A stretch of DNA of 64,000 nucleotides from a virus (IMGVR_UViG_3300044551_000092:128001-192000); one strand, 5' to 3'. Shown: positions 21,741-32,141, numbered from the stretch's first letter. Program-made: numbers and translations. Notes: generated by a model from the sequence alone, not told the origin.

Positions 21741-23869
21741 GTATTCGGCGTATACAAATGAGTCGAGCAATTGAACAGATCGTCAAATATTTTCTGTTTC
21801 ATGGCCGTTATCCTATCTATCAAACGATTACTCATTATTTCTCAGATTGGTTAACTCGGCACAATCCTGGAGAGCCAAGCTTTAATCCAAAACCGGCTCT
21901 AAAAAAGCAGAAGACGAGCTCAGAAAATTATAATAGTAACATTAAACAAATTGATACGGATTTGAATGATGCTTATGAGGCGACAATCGATCAAAATAAT
22001 CGCGTGATGACTAATTTTAGCGCGGTAGAAACGGAGCGGCAGAAACTAATTCAACAGTTGGACATACTTTCAAGCACGATTGACGAGCTTCTGATGGTGT
22101 CGGGCAATGCTGATTTTAAGGATTTTGACGGTAAACTGATCAGTTTCGAAAACGCAGACCAGGTCAATCAGGAAGAAAGCACGGTCCTGCTTGATTTACC
22201 GAATAAGCAAGTGACGTTGAAAGAAAACACGAACCAGGTGACCAAAGTGAAAGTCAACCCGGATCGCGTTACGTTTAAGGCACTCATGCCGGCGGAAAAG
22301 ATATCGGCCTTAACTAAGCTGTCTGGCGCATTTGATGACCAGATGAACACCGCCTGGTGGCAGATCGTCAAAACCAAAACGCCGGGTTCTACCGAAGACG
22401 AGGGTAGCTATGGTATGCGCGCACAGCTCGACATCAATTTTGACGCGCTGCAGACGATTAACGAAATTCGTTACATTGCTCACAATAACAAACCGGTCAC
22501 CGTATCGATCAATTATACGATGGACGGCCAGTCGTTTAGCCCGCTGCCGGGCAAAGACTCTGCCAAGGTCGTCAACCAGACGGCAAACTGGCAATTTCAA
22601 TCTATCTCGGTCAAAGGTATCCGTTTTATTTTTGAAAAAAAGGAGCATGACGACTTATCGGCAGGCATGTATCAATACTATTTTGGGGCTAAAGATATCT
22701 CGTTTTTAAATCGTTTCTATCAACAATCCGGTGTATTATATACCCAGCCGATTGCATTCTCCGACAGCGTCAAGCGTGTCACGCTTAAAGCTAAACACAC
22801 CGTGCCGGCTAATACCGACATCCAGTATCAGGTGGCTCTATATGACGCGGAAATGAATCTCGACGCATTGAATTGGTATGCGATCAGTTCCTACGACGAA
22901 ACCAATCCGAAGTATGCAACGATCGTACAATTTAATACGAAAAAACTACGCGTCGTCAATGCCAATAAAATAGAAAAGACTGGCGAAGTGATTAACAGTG
23001 AGTTACTGTTTCGCCTACTCAAGCCCGACGGCGAAGGCATCGTGTCGCAGACGGATGATACGGGCGAGACCTTTGACTCACTTAAAAGCGCCCAGTTATT
23101 CCGAGGAATCAACCAATGGAAGCGGGAGAAGACATATCTTCCGTTTACCGGCGCGGTACCGCTCAATTCGCAGTGGGATCCAATCGCTGCCCAGACACCG
23201 GCACTGATAAGTGAGAAATATCTGCCGCTCTCAAACGAACTGCCGCTGAACGATAACCCGGCTGATCCGAATAGAGACAACTTCTTTCGGTTTACAATTT
23301 GTATTTATGCAGAACATGAAAATGATGCGCCACTTGGCCTTTCGATGCTGCACACAATCAATGATGAAATAAAAAAACGAATTGGGACTTACTCCATCTA
23401 TTTAAATCGTGAGCGGCTTATTACTGAAAATGATCAGGTCCAAATGCATTTTCAAAAGGGATGGAATGAAATTGTATTATTGTATTGGTTCGGGGACACA
23501 CAAAAACGATCAGACTTTACTGCGGCTAGTATGCCAGTGGTGACTTATCTGGGGCAATTTAATTTTGCCGGTGAAACAAAAGTCCGTGCTGAACTGCTAC
23601 CGATGACTTATACCGATGAACATAATCTGTTCTACAATATCGCACCAAATAATCATGATTACTTTACAATCCATGAACAGCAGGTCTGTTTTAACTACAA
23701 CCCACAAGGTTGCAATTTTCAGTTGCTTTATGAGACTGATTTAACTTCCGGTGATCTAGAAAATGATCTAGAAAATAATCAAGTGATTGTGCGCGCTCTA
23801 ATGTCTCATGAAGCGGGTATGAATGATATTACACCAGCAATAACCAATATCCAGCTTCATGGAAAGTAA
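21737..23869 (+). CDS. putative structural protein, paralogue family member 3
   Basis: SSENYNSN...DL, AFDDQMNTAW, YYFGAKDI, ITPAITNIQL. Confidence 0.6.
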   Translation: MSIRRIQMSRAIEQIVKYFLFHGRYPIYQTITHYFSDWLTRHNPGEPSFNPKPALKKQKTSSENYNSNIKQIDTDLNDAYEATIDQNNRVMTNFSAVETERQKLIQQLDILSSTIDELLMVSGNADFKDFDGKLISFENADQVNQEESTVLLDLPNKQVTLKENTNQVTKVKVNPDRVTFKALMPAEKISALTKLSGAFDDQMNTAWWQIVKTKTPGSTEDEGSYGMRAQLDINFDALQTINEIRYIAHNNKPVTVSINYTMDGQSFSPLPGKDSAKVVNQTANWQFQSISVKGIRFIFEKKEHDDLSAGMYQYYFGAKDISFLNRFYQQSGVLYTQPIAFSDSVKRVTLKAKHTVPANTDIQYQVALYDAEMNLDALNWYAISSYDETNPKYATIVQFNTKKLRVVNANKIEKTGEVINSELLFRLLKPDGEGIVSQTDDTGETFDSLKSAQLFRGINQWKREKTYLPFTGAVPLNSQWDPIAAQTPALISEKYLPLSNELPLNDNPADPNRDNFFRFTICIYAEHENDAPLGLSMLHTINDEIKKRIGTYSIYLNRERLITENDQVQMHFQKGWNEIVLLYWFGDTQKRSDFTAASMPVVTYLGQFNFAGETKVRAELLPMTYTDEHNLFYNIAPNNHDYFTIHEQQVCFNYNPQGCNFQLLYETDLTSGDLENDLENNQVIVRALMSHEAGMNDITPAITNIQLHGK

Positions 23870-23876
23870 GGAGAGA

Positions 23877-24428
23877 ATGGGACCTATGAAAAACTATAAG
23901 CTACCAAGCTTGGTGATGCGTAATGCCCGTAAAAGAGGAGAACGCGAATCTGAAAAGGTGCTTTCAATGGAACATGAATTTTGTTATGACGTGCACGTTC
24001 AATTTCAAGACATTATTGATCAAACGAGTCGAATTCAAACCGATATCAGCAATAAGTTTCAAGGAGAATCAATCGAAAATACACAAAACTTATTGGTTTC
24101 CTATCGAAAATCTATTGCTGTTAACAAAAATCAATTAACCTATCCATTAATACAAGAAATGGCAGTGAGTTCAATTGATCATGTTGTGTTAAAATTAAAA
24201 GGTGGAGATACTATTTCACCAACTGATTACACGATTTTTAATAATAATAGTGTTACGTTTAGAAAACCAGTTGAGGGTATCATTATTGCTTCATTTATCG
24301 CAAAAGTTAGTTTTTATAACCAAAGATATAATGGCCAAGATGATCTTATAAGACGATTAAGTAACCTTAATGCAAGAATGGAACAGTTAGACGAAAGGAT
24401 TAAAGATTATGCGAATGCCAATTTCTGA
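23877..24428 (+). CDS. putative structural protein, short paralogue family member
   Basis: RKRGERESEK...D N-terminal motif; C-terminal coiled coil. Confidence 0.5.
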   Translation: MGPMKNYKLPSLVMRNARKRGERESEKVLSMEHEFCYDVHVQFQDIIDQTSRIQTDISNKFQGESIENTQNLLVSYRKSIAVNKNQLTYPLIQEMAVSSIDHVVLKLKGGDTISPTDYTIFNNNSVTFRKPVEGIIIASFIAKVSFYNQRYNGQDDLIRRLSNLNARMEQLDERIKDYANANF

Positions 24429-25653
24429 GCCGGGGCACGCCCGGTTTCGGGGCCCGACCTCATCAAATGAATATAATGATATGGAAGACGATCATTATGC
24501 GGATCTAGTCAATCTTTTTAAAGCAATAAATGATAATGAATTGTCTTTGCAATTTAGCAAGGATGCGGCTTTAACTTCGGATAAGATGATTGGCACGTAT
24601 ATATCCTTTTTAGAGGGGCGTGTAACACAGTTAGAAAACAAGCTCGACCAGTTACAAATCGACCACCTTCGTTCCTCAAAAATCGGCTTAGTCAGTGATA
24701 TGACAGCTCACTACCCAGATCAGGATCAAGATAAAACAATCAACGACAGCCGATGCCAAATCGATTTTCCTTTTCGACATGCGACGCTTCCGAAAACTTC
24801 ACAGATTCCAAAGACTTATTTAACGGATAAAAACAAAGAAGTTGTTATACCGGAACAACTTGAAATTACAGTCACACGAAACAATACTACCGGAGTTATC
24901 GACGAAAACGATATTCGTATGGCCTTTAATGGTGACAACAATGAGTTCTGGATTCGTAAAGTATCCTATGATATTGGAACCGAACCGAATGAGGAGGATG
25001 TTATTGTAGATGTTTCACTTCCTCAGCAATTGGTTAATAATCTCAATGTAAATACAATCCTCATTCATCCACATCCGGAACTGGGGATTGAAGTCAAGAA
25101 TGTCGAAATCAGTACAGCTAACGGCTACGAAACGGTTCCGGGATTTAATCAGGATGAGGTAGCCAGTCTATCTCAGAATCTCTATGCCCCACGGAAGAAA
25201 TACTATTTCCCGCAAAAACCCGTGCAGCATGTCCGCTTGACTTTAGTCCAACATCATCCGATAAAAATGAACGATAAAATGGTTTTTATTCTGGGAGCTC
25301 AAGAAATCGGTGTGTATCTAACTAGCTTTGAGCCTTCAGGAAGCTTTGTTCTCACCCATTTTGATATGTCTAAAGTTGGCGTCTATTCAATCGAATCAGT
25401 CGATCATATTTTTCAAAACAGAGATACATTTAGCTATCCCCGATCTTTAGATAATCTACTTGAAAACAACCTGTACAATTATGAAATATTAATTCCCCAA
25501 AATAATTCTTTGGTTCCCATATCGAACAGTCAATGGTCTAATTTAACGGCTAAGGAAATCTGGGTGAAAACAGTTCTGTATCCGGATCCAGGGATGAATA
25601 ATGGAGTTAATCCCTGCCTTCATGCTGTTCGTTTAAATTACTATCAGTCATGA
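24409..25653 (+). CDS. putative structural protein, paralogue family member 4
   Basis: RFRGPTSSNEYN...DL, AFNGDNNEFW, ILGAQEIG, NPCLHAVRL. Confidence 0.6.
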   Translation: MRMPISEPGHARFRGPTSSNEYNDMEDDHYADLVNLFKAINDNELSLQFSKDAALTSDKMIGTYISFLEGRVTQLENKLDQLQIDHLRSSKIGLVSDMTAHYPDQDQDKTINDSRCQIDFPFRHATLPKTSQIPKTYLTDKNKEVVIPEQLEITVTRNNTTGVIDENDIRMAFNGDNNEFWIRKVSYDIGTEPNEEDVIVDVSLPQQLVNNLNVNTILIHPHPELGIEVKNVEISTANGYETVPGFNQDEVASLSQNLYAPRKKYYFPQKPVQHVRLTLVQHHPIKMNDKMVFILGAQEIGVYLTSFEPSGSFVLTHFDMSKVGVYSIESVDHIFQNRDTFSYPRSLDNLLENNLYNYEILIPQNNSLVPISNSQWSNLTAKEIWVKTVLYPDPGMNNGVNPCLHAVRLNYYQS

Positions 25654-25666
25654 GGAGGGGTGGCAG

Positions 25667-26227
25667 TTGAATCGTTATCTAAACGAATTTTTAGATTCGT
25701 TATCAGGACTTCTAAATATAAAAACATTGACGGCTTCCGTCATAGGAGGCTTTATTGTAATGATATATAACTTCTTATACGGAAACGGTAACGTCGAAAT
25801 CATGATAGTCCTGATTGGTGTTACTTTGCTGGACTGGATTACCGGTATAAGTGCAGCTCGTATAGATCATAGCTACAGTTCTGAATATGGAAAAATTGGT
25901 GTAGCGCGAACAGTTTTTATGTTTTTATTACCTGCCGTGGCGCATCATATCGATAATTTTTTAGGTTCTATGAATATCTTATTTTATATGATTGCTTGTG
26001 GGCTAATTTATCATACTTGGATGAGCATGATTGCGAATACAGTGCGATCAGGTTGGGGACGCTGGGTTCCTGTTTGGTTACTGAATCAGATTTCCTCAGA
26101 ATTAAAAGCAAAAATTTATCGTGCAGATGAACGTCGAAAAAAATTCTCTGAAAAAGAAGAAGAAGAAAATAAAATTATAAAGACCGTTTATAATCGAAAA
26201 CAGTCATCAAAAAAACGAAGAAAATAG
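25667..26227 (+). CDS. phage holin (holin_4 type)
   Basis: Several TM helices, LLDWITGISAA, SMIAN...GW..WVP.WL, highly charged C-terminal tail. Confidence 0.8.
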   Translation: MNRYLNEFLDSLSGLLNIKTLTASVIGGFIVMIYNFLYGNGNVEIMIVLIGVTLLDWITGISAARIDHSYSSEYGKIGVARTVFMFLLPAVAHHIDNFLGSMNILFYMIACGLIYHTWMSMIANTVRSGWGRWVPVWLLNQISSELKAKIYRADERRKKFSEKEEEENKIIKTVYNRKQSSKKRRK

Positions 26228-26259
26228 ACGAAATATTTAGAATTAAAGAGTAAATGGCA

Positions 26260-26287
26260 TTGATTATCTAATTTTCTGTGTTACAAT
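26260..26287 (+). promoter_or_regulatory. sigma-A-like promoter of the replication module
   Basis: TTGATT-16 bp-TACAAT with TGn extended -10. Confidence 0.45.
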
Positions 26288-26337
26288 TAAGATACAAGAT
26301 AATTAGTGCTATTTTTCTACAAATTGGAGGAAAAATA

Positions 26338-27333
26338 ATGGGTGAAGAATATGTACCCTCACGCGAAGAAACTAAAATTATCCGCGAAAAATTAAAAGAC
26401 TGCAAGCAAGAATGGCTTGAAAGCAAGCAAGGCAAACGTGGGCAAGGAACGGTCAATTATATCGGCTGGAATACGGTCCGGCAAATCATTGACGCGGCGG
26501 TGGATGGACTCACTTATTGGGATTTCGGTATTATCGATCAATGGCGTCAGGAAATCAACGACGGTAAAACTGGAAATATGGTTGGTTGGGTTTATCAGGT
26601 AAAAGCCTACATTTATATTCCCGGACTCGGCCGTCGCGAACAATTCGGTAAAAAAATTGCCATCGGTGGCGTAAATAATCAAGATTCTGCATTTCAAGCA
26701 GCCGCGTCAAATGCACTATCTAAATGTGCTTCATTATTTGGCGTTGGTGAAAAAATCTATGCGAAAATTAAAATTGAAACTGAGGATAACAATTCATATG
26801 GAAATAGCAACTATACAGATCAACAGCAGGCTCCGTATAATCAACAGCAGTGGGGGCAGCCGCAAGAGAATTGGAATCAGCAACAACCTAATGATCCAAA
26901 TTGGAACAGTGTGTTTCATCAGGTAGATCAGCAAATGTCACAAGGGAATGTGCAAACGCCTTTTGATCCAACGCCCCAGGCTGTACCCAATCAGTTCCAG
27001 GCCATGCCACAGCCAACCGCTCAGCCACAGAATATGCCAAATTCCCAATATGGTGCGCCGGTTAATGCGGGAGGCGGGATGAACGCTTCAGCGGCTACTC
27101 AGCAGGCCACTACCAATCCACAAAATAATGTCTTGAATCCTTGGCAGGAAAAAGGCGTACAGAACGAATTATTGAGGTATCGAAAACAGAAAGAACGGCT
27201 AAAAGTCAATAATGATGATCAAATGATTCCTTACTTAAGAGATTACTTTAAATCAGAAAATGCATCACTGAACAATTTAACTCCAGATAATTTAAAGAGT
27301 TTCAATGACTATCTGGATAAAGTCTCAGCTTAA
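26338..27333 (+). CDS. Rad52/Sak-family single-strand annealing protein with Q/N/P-rich tail
   Basis: YIGW..V, AASNALSKCASLFGVG..IY motif; GGAGG SD before ATG 26338. Confidence 0.8.
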   Translation: MGEEYVPSREETKIIREKLKDCKQEWLESKQGKRGQGTVNYIGWNTVRQIIDAAVDGLTYWDFGIIDQWRQEINDGKTGNMVGWVYQVKAYIYIPGLGRREQFGKKIAIGGVNNQDSAFQAAASNALSKCASLFGVGEKIYAKIKIETEDNNSYGNSNYTDQQQAPYNQQQWGQPQENWNQQQPNDPNWNSVFHQVDQQMSQGNVQTPFDPTPQAVPNQFQAMPQPTAQPQNMPNSQYGAPVNAGGGMNASAATQQATTNPQNNVLNPWQEKGVQNELLRYRKQKERLKVNNDDQMIPYLRDYFKSENASLNNLTPDNLKSFNDYLDKVSA

Positions 27334-27350
27334 AAGTAAAGAGGGATCTT

Positions 27351-28010
27351 TTGATGACGATCAAATGGCTTGCCCAGTATTTTGTCCACATGATCACAGA
27401 GAAAGCAGACCCTAGAGGACGACAGACCCAAGCGGCTGAAATAGCCATTGAAGAATTGCAGCAAAAAGGCTGGACAATAGAAGGGATTAAAGAACAACTT
27501 GATCGCTTTAAATCTGTTTACGCTGATGCCGCAAAAAATATTTATCATGTTCAGGAAATTATGAATCATATTCAACCGCCGCGTAATCTAATGATTCCAG
27601 GAGCGTTTTATTATCATCATATTTTAAGAAAGATGCCACCGGCACCGAAAATGATTTTCGATCCTGTGACCAAAACTTTCCACCAGAAAGTTGAGAAATA
27701 TTATCTTGAAATGAAACCTTACTTTTCAATGGATGAACTGCTTAGATACTGGTATCGAGGGCATCGGAAGCCGGACAAAGTCAATCAGGATATCTCTCGA
27801 TTCAATTATCTGCTCAAAATATATGATCTAGATGTCATTCTGTTTGCAATCGATATTGGGCGTCAGTACCGTAAGGAATGCGGGCGCGGCGAATTAACGA
27901 ACGTTTTTGAGATTGAACATTATATCGAGGCGGCAGAAAAAAGGATTAAAGAAAAACGCGCCCTTTCAAAGCTTCAGGGGGTCAATGAAATTGTTCGGAG
28001 AGAAGGATAA
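27351..28010 (+). CDS. hypothetical replication-module protein
   Basis: 219 aa ORF coupled to the primase gene. Confidence 0.6.
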   Translation: MMTIKWLAQYFVHMITEKADPRGRQTQAAEIAIEELQQKGWTIEGIKEQLDRFKSVYADAAKNIYHVQEIMNHIQPPRNLMIPGAFYYHHILRKMPPAPKMIFDPVTKTFHQKVEKYYLEMKPYFSMDELLRYWYRGHRKPDKVNQDISRFNYLLKIYDLDVILFAIDIGRQYRKECGRGELTNVFEIEHYIEAAEKRIKEKRALSKLQGVNEIVRREG

Positions 28011-28012
28011 CG

Positions 28013-29119
28013 ATGCAAGTCTATGTTGAATGCGGGGCAGAATTTATGGGAAGAAACCATATTACTCGTTTTCGTCGTAAACAGTATATGCCTCCGGCCC
28101 AAGTCGATCTCTTCCGTATTCAATATAATAATCGTGATGTCTATCAAACGGTCATGAATTATCTCGACCCAATTTGGTTCCAGGATGAAAAAGGCCGGTG
28201 GCTGATAAATGCAGCGGATAGTCTTAAATATGGAAATTTCTATATGGATTTTGATACAGATTTTTCTGATCCACAGGCATTTAGCAAGATTCGTGAAGAC
28301 ATCGCGATCGCGTTACGTTATTTAAAGCTATTTCTAAATATCGATCCGCGCTCGATTTACTACTATTTCAGTGGTTTTAAAGGTTTTCATCTCATGGTCA
28401 ATGCTGAAATTATCGGTATTGAACCGCATTTGGCTCTGAATGAAATCTATAAAGATATTATCGAAGACATAGGTCAATACATTAAACACGATACGCTGGA
28501 TCGTGGCATTTATGATGATAAACGGATGTTTCGTCTAGTTAACAGTATCAATGGGAAAAGCGGTTTATATAAAATCCCATTGACCGCAGACGAATTTTTA
28601 AATTTCAGTTATGAAGAAATTAAAAATTTGGCTAAACAGCCACGAACCATTCATTACAAATCGCCCGTTTATCAACCACGGGCGAAATTACAGTTTCAAA
28701 AAATAGTTGATAATTGGACAAAACGAATCAATATAAGACAAAGCTATACTGGCAAGATACGTAAGTTAAAAGTGCTTCCTCCCTGTATTGCTCACATGCG
28801 GGAAAGAACATTTAGGCAAACAGTAGATCAACGCAATAACAGTGCTACGGCTCTCAGCAGTTTCTATTTTCAACAAGGTCTTGAGAGAGAAGATACTCTT
28901 GACCGCTTAATTCTGTGGAATGAACAATGCTGTTTGCCGCCCCTTAAAGAGCGAGAGATTAGAACCATCGTGCACAGTGTTTATAATGGTCAGTATCGCT
29001 ATGGCTGCGGGACGTTTAAAAAGGTTTCTGGCCTATGTGATAAAGACCACTGTCCTCTATTTCATAAAGAGTTAAACATAGAAAATCAAGCCGAGCAAAA
29101 GCAGAAGGCGGTCAGATGA
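28013..29119 (+). CDS. archaeo-eukaryotic primase (AEP) with PriCT-like C-terminus
   Basis: YMDFD (motif I), FSGFKGFHL (motif II), D..IYD..R.FRL, PPCI, RNN, WN...PPL...E and a Cys cluster. Confidence 0.85.
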   Translation: MQVYVECGAEFMGRNHITRFRRKQYMPPAQVDLFRIQYNNRDVYQTVMNYLDPIWFQDEKGRWLINAADSLKYGNFYMDFDTDFSDPQAFSKIREDIAIALRYLKLFLNIDPRSIYYYFSGFKGFHLMVNAEIIGIEPHLALNEIYKDIIEDIGQYIKHDTLDRGIYDDKRMFRLVNSINGKSGLYKIPLTADEFLNFSYEEIKNLAKQPRTIHYKSPVYQPRAKLQFQKIVDNWTKRINIRQSYTGKIRKLKVLPPCIAHMRERTFRQTVDQRNNSATALSSFYFQQGLEREDTLDRLILWNEQCCLPPLKEREIRTIVHSVYNGQYRYGCGTFKKVSGLCDKDHCPLFHKELNIENQAEQKQKAVR

Positions 29120-30189
29120 TTTCTTTTGAAGATATGCTCAAACAAATGGATAAACAAATGGATCAGGAAGAAAAAGCTTTTTCTATTACACCTGAGAAAC
29201 GCCTAGAAGTTAAACATCCAGAACTTCTTGTTGACCACGAACTAACGGATATCGAACGAGAAATGATTCAGACGATACAGGAGTCCGACCAGTATGCTTG
29301 GAGCAAGGCCAAGTATGGGAGCTTTACAACCGGTTTTAATCTGTTTGATCAAGTTATTGAACACGACTTACAATCAGGACTTATTATTCTTGCGGCCGAT
29401 CCAAATGTTGGCAAGTCCGCCTTTATGCTGCAACTTTTAAAGCAGGTCTCTGAAAAAAATGAAGATTGTTTTTGCGAGTATTATTCGTTAGATGATAATA
29501 AAAAGAAGATGCTGCCCCGATATATTGCGAATGATCAATTAATCTCAATCAATGAGGCCAGCAACCCTTCGAAATATGCGAATAAAAAAGATCTTTTAGA
29601 TAAACGGAATGAAGGACTGAAACATCTTTATGAAAACATCGGCCGATTTTCATTAAGAGATGATACGGGGGATGGCTCATCGACGCTCGAAGCACTTGAG
29701 GACCGCATTAAAAAATTGATGATGAATTATCCAAATAAACGCATTATACTGGGAATAGACAGTTATTTTGACTTAACGACCCGAGCGAGCTTTAACAGCG
29801 ACAACCGGGAAGAAGAAGAAATGGCCAAGAAATTAAAAGGTTTAATTAAACAGTACGACATTACAATTTTCTGTACCGCACATTTAAGAAAAACGAATGG
29901 GAATCGGCCAAACATGGATGATTTAAAGGGTATGAAACGCCTGCAGTTTGAAGCAGACATTATTGGTATGCTGTACAACGAAGTCGGTATTCATGAAGAG
30001 GCCGCTGAGGTCTATTGGACCAGCGACGACGAAGAGTTAAAAATGCCAGTTCTTGAAATGAAAATTGTTAAAAATAAGATGGGCAGTTTTAAGGGGACCC
30101 ACTTTTATAATATGACGCCTAAGTATAGCCAGTTTGTCGAAGCGACGCCAGAGGCTTGCCGCCAGTATTCCGCACGTATTTATGGCTAA
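29116..30189 (+). CDS. DnaB-like SF4 replicative helicase
   Basis: Walker A AADPNVGKS, YYSLD, IDSY, AHLRK, RP.MDDLKG...FEAD, KNK.G. Confidence 0.85.
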   Translation: MISFEDMLKQMDKQMDQEEKAFSITPEKRLEVKHPELLVDHELTDIEREMIQTIQESDQYAWSKAKYGSFTTGFNLFDQVIEHDLQSGLIILAADPNVGKSAFMLQLLKQVSEKNEDCFCEYYSLDDNKKKMLPRYIANDQLISINEASNPSKYANKKDLLDKRNEGLKHLYENIGRFSLRDDTGDGSSTLEALEDRIKKLMMNYPNKRIILGIDSYFDLTTRASFNSDNREEEEMAKKLKGLIKQYDITIFCTAHLRKTNGNRPNMDDLKGMKRLQFEADIIGMLYNEVGIHEEAAEVYWTSDDEELKMPVLEMKIVKNKMGSFKGTHFYNMTPKYSQFVEATPEACRQYSARIYG

Positions 30190-30206
30190 AAAGGAGAGTG
30201 AACGCA

Positions 30207-30716
30207 ATGGCTAGTCCGACTGATTTATTGCGAAGTTATTTGCATGAATTTGAGAATATCTATATTCATTCGAAATTCAATATCGAAAATAAACTAAATC
30301 AGTTTCAAGAAAATCTAACAAACTTGAATCAGCAATTGATACAGGAAAATGATTTAATTCGTCAAGCAACCGGCAATCATGAGAACCAAGAAATTTTAGA
30401 TCAACTGAATGAAACGAAGGAACAAATGAGCGACAATTATCAAGCCATTCAGGAGATAATTGATCAGTTAAAATTAGATTTAACACATGATTTTCAACTA
30501 TTAAATTATCATACAAGAGAGCTATATAAGACTGACTTAGATATTGCCGGTTTTACCAAACATGAATTTGCGGGGAACTATAAAGCGATCATTGACGGCG
30601 ATTTAATTACAATCAAGAAAGATGGCCACGCCGAAACGCCAATCGCAACTGACCTTAAACGCTGGAAAGATAACAATCAATTCAACATGGTTGTCATTAA
30701 GAAAGATAAAAAATAA
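30207..30716 (+). CDS. hypothetical coiled-coil protein
   Basis: AAGGAG SD then ATG 30207. Confidence 0.6.
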   Translation: MASPTDLLRSYLHEFENIYIHSKFNIENKLNQFQENLTNLNQQLIQENDLIRQATGNHENQEILDQLNETKEQMSDNYQAIQEIIDQLKLDLTHDFQLLNYHTRELYKTDLDIAGFTKHEFAGNYKAIIDGDLITIKKDGHAETPIATDLKRWKDNNQFNMVVIKKDKK

Positions 30717-30739
30717 AACCAGAAGGGAGGCTAACTCCT

Positions 30740-31189
30740 TTGAAATTCTCGTATTATTTCAATCCCGAACGAACGGAACGGATCGATTTTAACTTTGAAC
30801 TGTCCAGTATCGACGACACGCAAGATACACAAACCATTGCAAACTATACCATAGGCATTGAAGAATATACTGATAATAAAATCGCCAACCATATATCTAA
30901 AGGTGGGACCTTCCATTTTTCTATAGTTGGTGTTCCAAACGAAGAATTTGAACATGATATCAACTTTGGCCGGATACGCTATGACAATAAATGGATCTTC
31001 GAAGCTGTTAATAACAAGAATAACAGTGAACAAGATCGAATTGGTCTGATTTGTAGCAAAGAAAATAACCCCTTGGGACTGGACATTACGAATACCAGTG
31101 AACTCTACGATGCTCAACTCAAAGCGAATACCTTCTCTCAACTTGAACAGGATTATGAACCACCAGAAGATTTATTTTCAGAAAAATAA
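30740..31189 (+). CDS. hypothetical acidic protein
   Basis: GGGAGG SD, TTG start, 149 aa. Confidence 0.6.
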   Translation: MKFSYYFNPERTERIDFNFELSSIDDTQDTQTIANYTIGIEEYTDNKIANHISKGGTFHFSIVGVPNEEFEHDINFGRIRYDNKWIFEAVNNKNNSEQDRIGLICSKENNPLGLDITNTSELYDAQLKANTFSQLEQDYEPPEDLFSEK

Positions 31190-31208
31190 ATATAAGGAGA
31201 CAAATAAT

Positions 31209-31610
31209 ATGTTTATTGGACCCACTCTAACTCTGGAGCAACTCAATAAGTTCCTTAATAAACGCCTGCAAGATGAAGAACATCATATAGGCGAAGTTAG
31301 TAGACAAATTAATGATCTACGAAATGAAATGAAACACACGCAAAAAACAATATTGGACAATAATCGTACTGAAGTAAACCCCAATTATATTAGTCTACAA
31401 GAGAAATTCAACGCCAAACTTAAATTGCTTGATGAAAGCAATGACACGATTGAATTTCTTAATGATCGGATCGATCAATTGGAATCAATTGAAAAAGATC
31501 CCCTGCATAGCAAGGAAATGAAATATAAGAAAATAACCCTTTCAAGTAATGATTGTTTGATGCTTGGCGTACCGCAGGACTTCAATTTTGAAAAGGAAAC
31601 GATAAGCTGA
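31209..31610 (+). CDS. hypothetical coiled-coil protein
   Basis: AAGGAG SD before ATG 31209. Confidence 0.6.
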   Translation: MFIGPTLTLEQLNKFLNKRLQDEEHHIGEVSRQINDLRNEMKHTQKTILDNNRTEVNPNYISLQEKFNAKLKLLDESNDTIEFLNDRIDQLESIEKDPLHSKEMKYKKITLSSNDCLMLGVPQDFNFEKETIS

Positions 31611-31945
31611 TGCATGAACTGGAGCGTGAAGAGCTACGGGAAAATTATCTAAAAGAACGTATGACTGTGGTAAATAAGCAAATAGACCGTCAAACAATTC
31701 TAGGAAAAGAGAATATGAATAAATTACCACGGCATATGGTTAATTGTAACTGGTTTTCAGAATGTCCCATTGATTTTAAATGTCGGGCTTACAATCCAAC
31801 CTATATACGTTGTCAGAATTGTATCCTCGCAAAAAAAGATCTGATTTGCCGAAAAAAGCGACTGCACTGTGAACGTAATTTGAACCGGATGATCACCCGA
31901 CCATTTATTGATTTGGATAAAAAGGAAGACTCGTATGGACTTTAA
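31610..31945 (+). CDS. Cys-rich hypothetical protein
   Basis: Several Cys including CxxC; translationally coupled. Confidence 0.55.
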   Translation: MHELEREELRENYLKERMTVVNKQIDRQTILGKENMNKLPRHMVNCNWFSECPIDFKCRAYNPTYIRCQNCILAKKDLICRKKRLHCERNLNRMITRPFIDLDKKEDSYGL

Positions 31946-32141
31946 AACTTTTCAAACGAAACAGCTAAAGCAGGAACTAACAAGCCCGTGCTATTGCCGG
32001 TATTGTGGCCAAGATATTAAACAGCCGTCTAATCGTAGCACACGGCATATGACGGGGGAACACACAGGCGGTTGGTACAGCAATTGGGAAATTGAACATC
32101 ATATGCATCTTAAATGCGCTCAGCAAGCAATGTGGAAATAA
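31935..32141 (+). CDS. small zinc-finger-like protein
   Basis: CYCRYCG ... HLKC. Confidence 0.55.
   Translation: MDFKTFQTKQLKQELTSPCYCRYCGQDIKQPSNRSTRHMTGEHTGGWYSNWEIEHHMHLKCAQQAMWK

Noticed and set aside
2165-23280. Many short antisense or out-of-frame ORFs inside the long genes
   Set aside because: They are fully nested in well-supported CDSs and show no SD or motifs.
3400-25653. Diversity-generating retroelement acting on the fibre genes
   Set aside because: No reverse transcriptase, and I saw no TR/VR repeat pair with adenine-specific mismatches.
30207-31945. DLLRSYL (30207 ORF) and ELRENYLKER (31610 ORF) as further MEL-motif members
   Set aside because: They are offset from the N-terminus and match only partly, so they were not counted.
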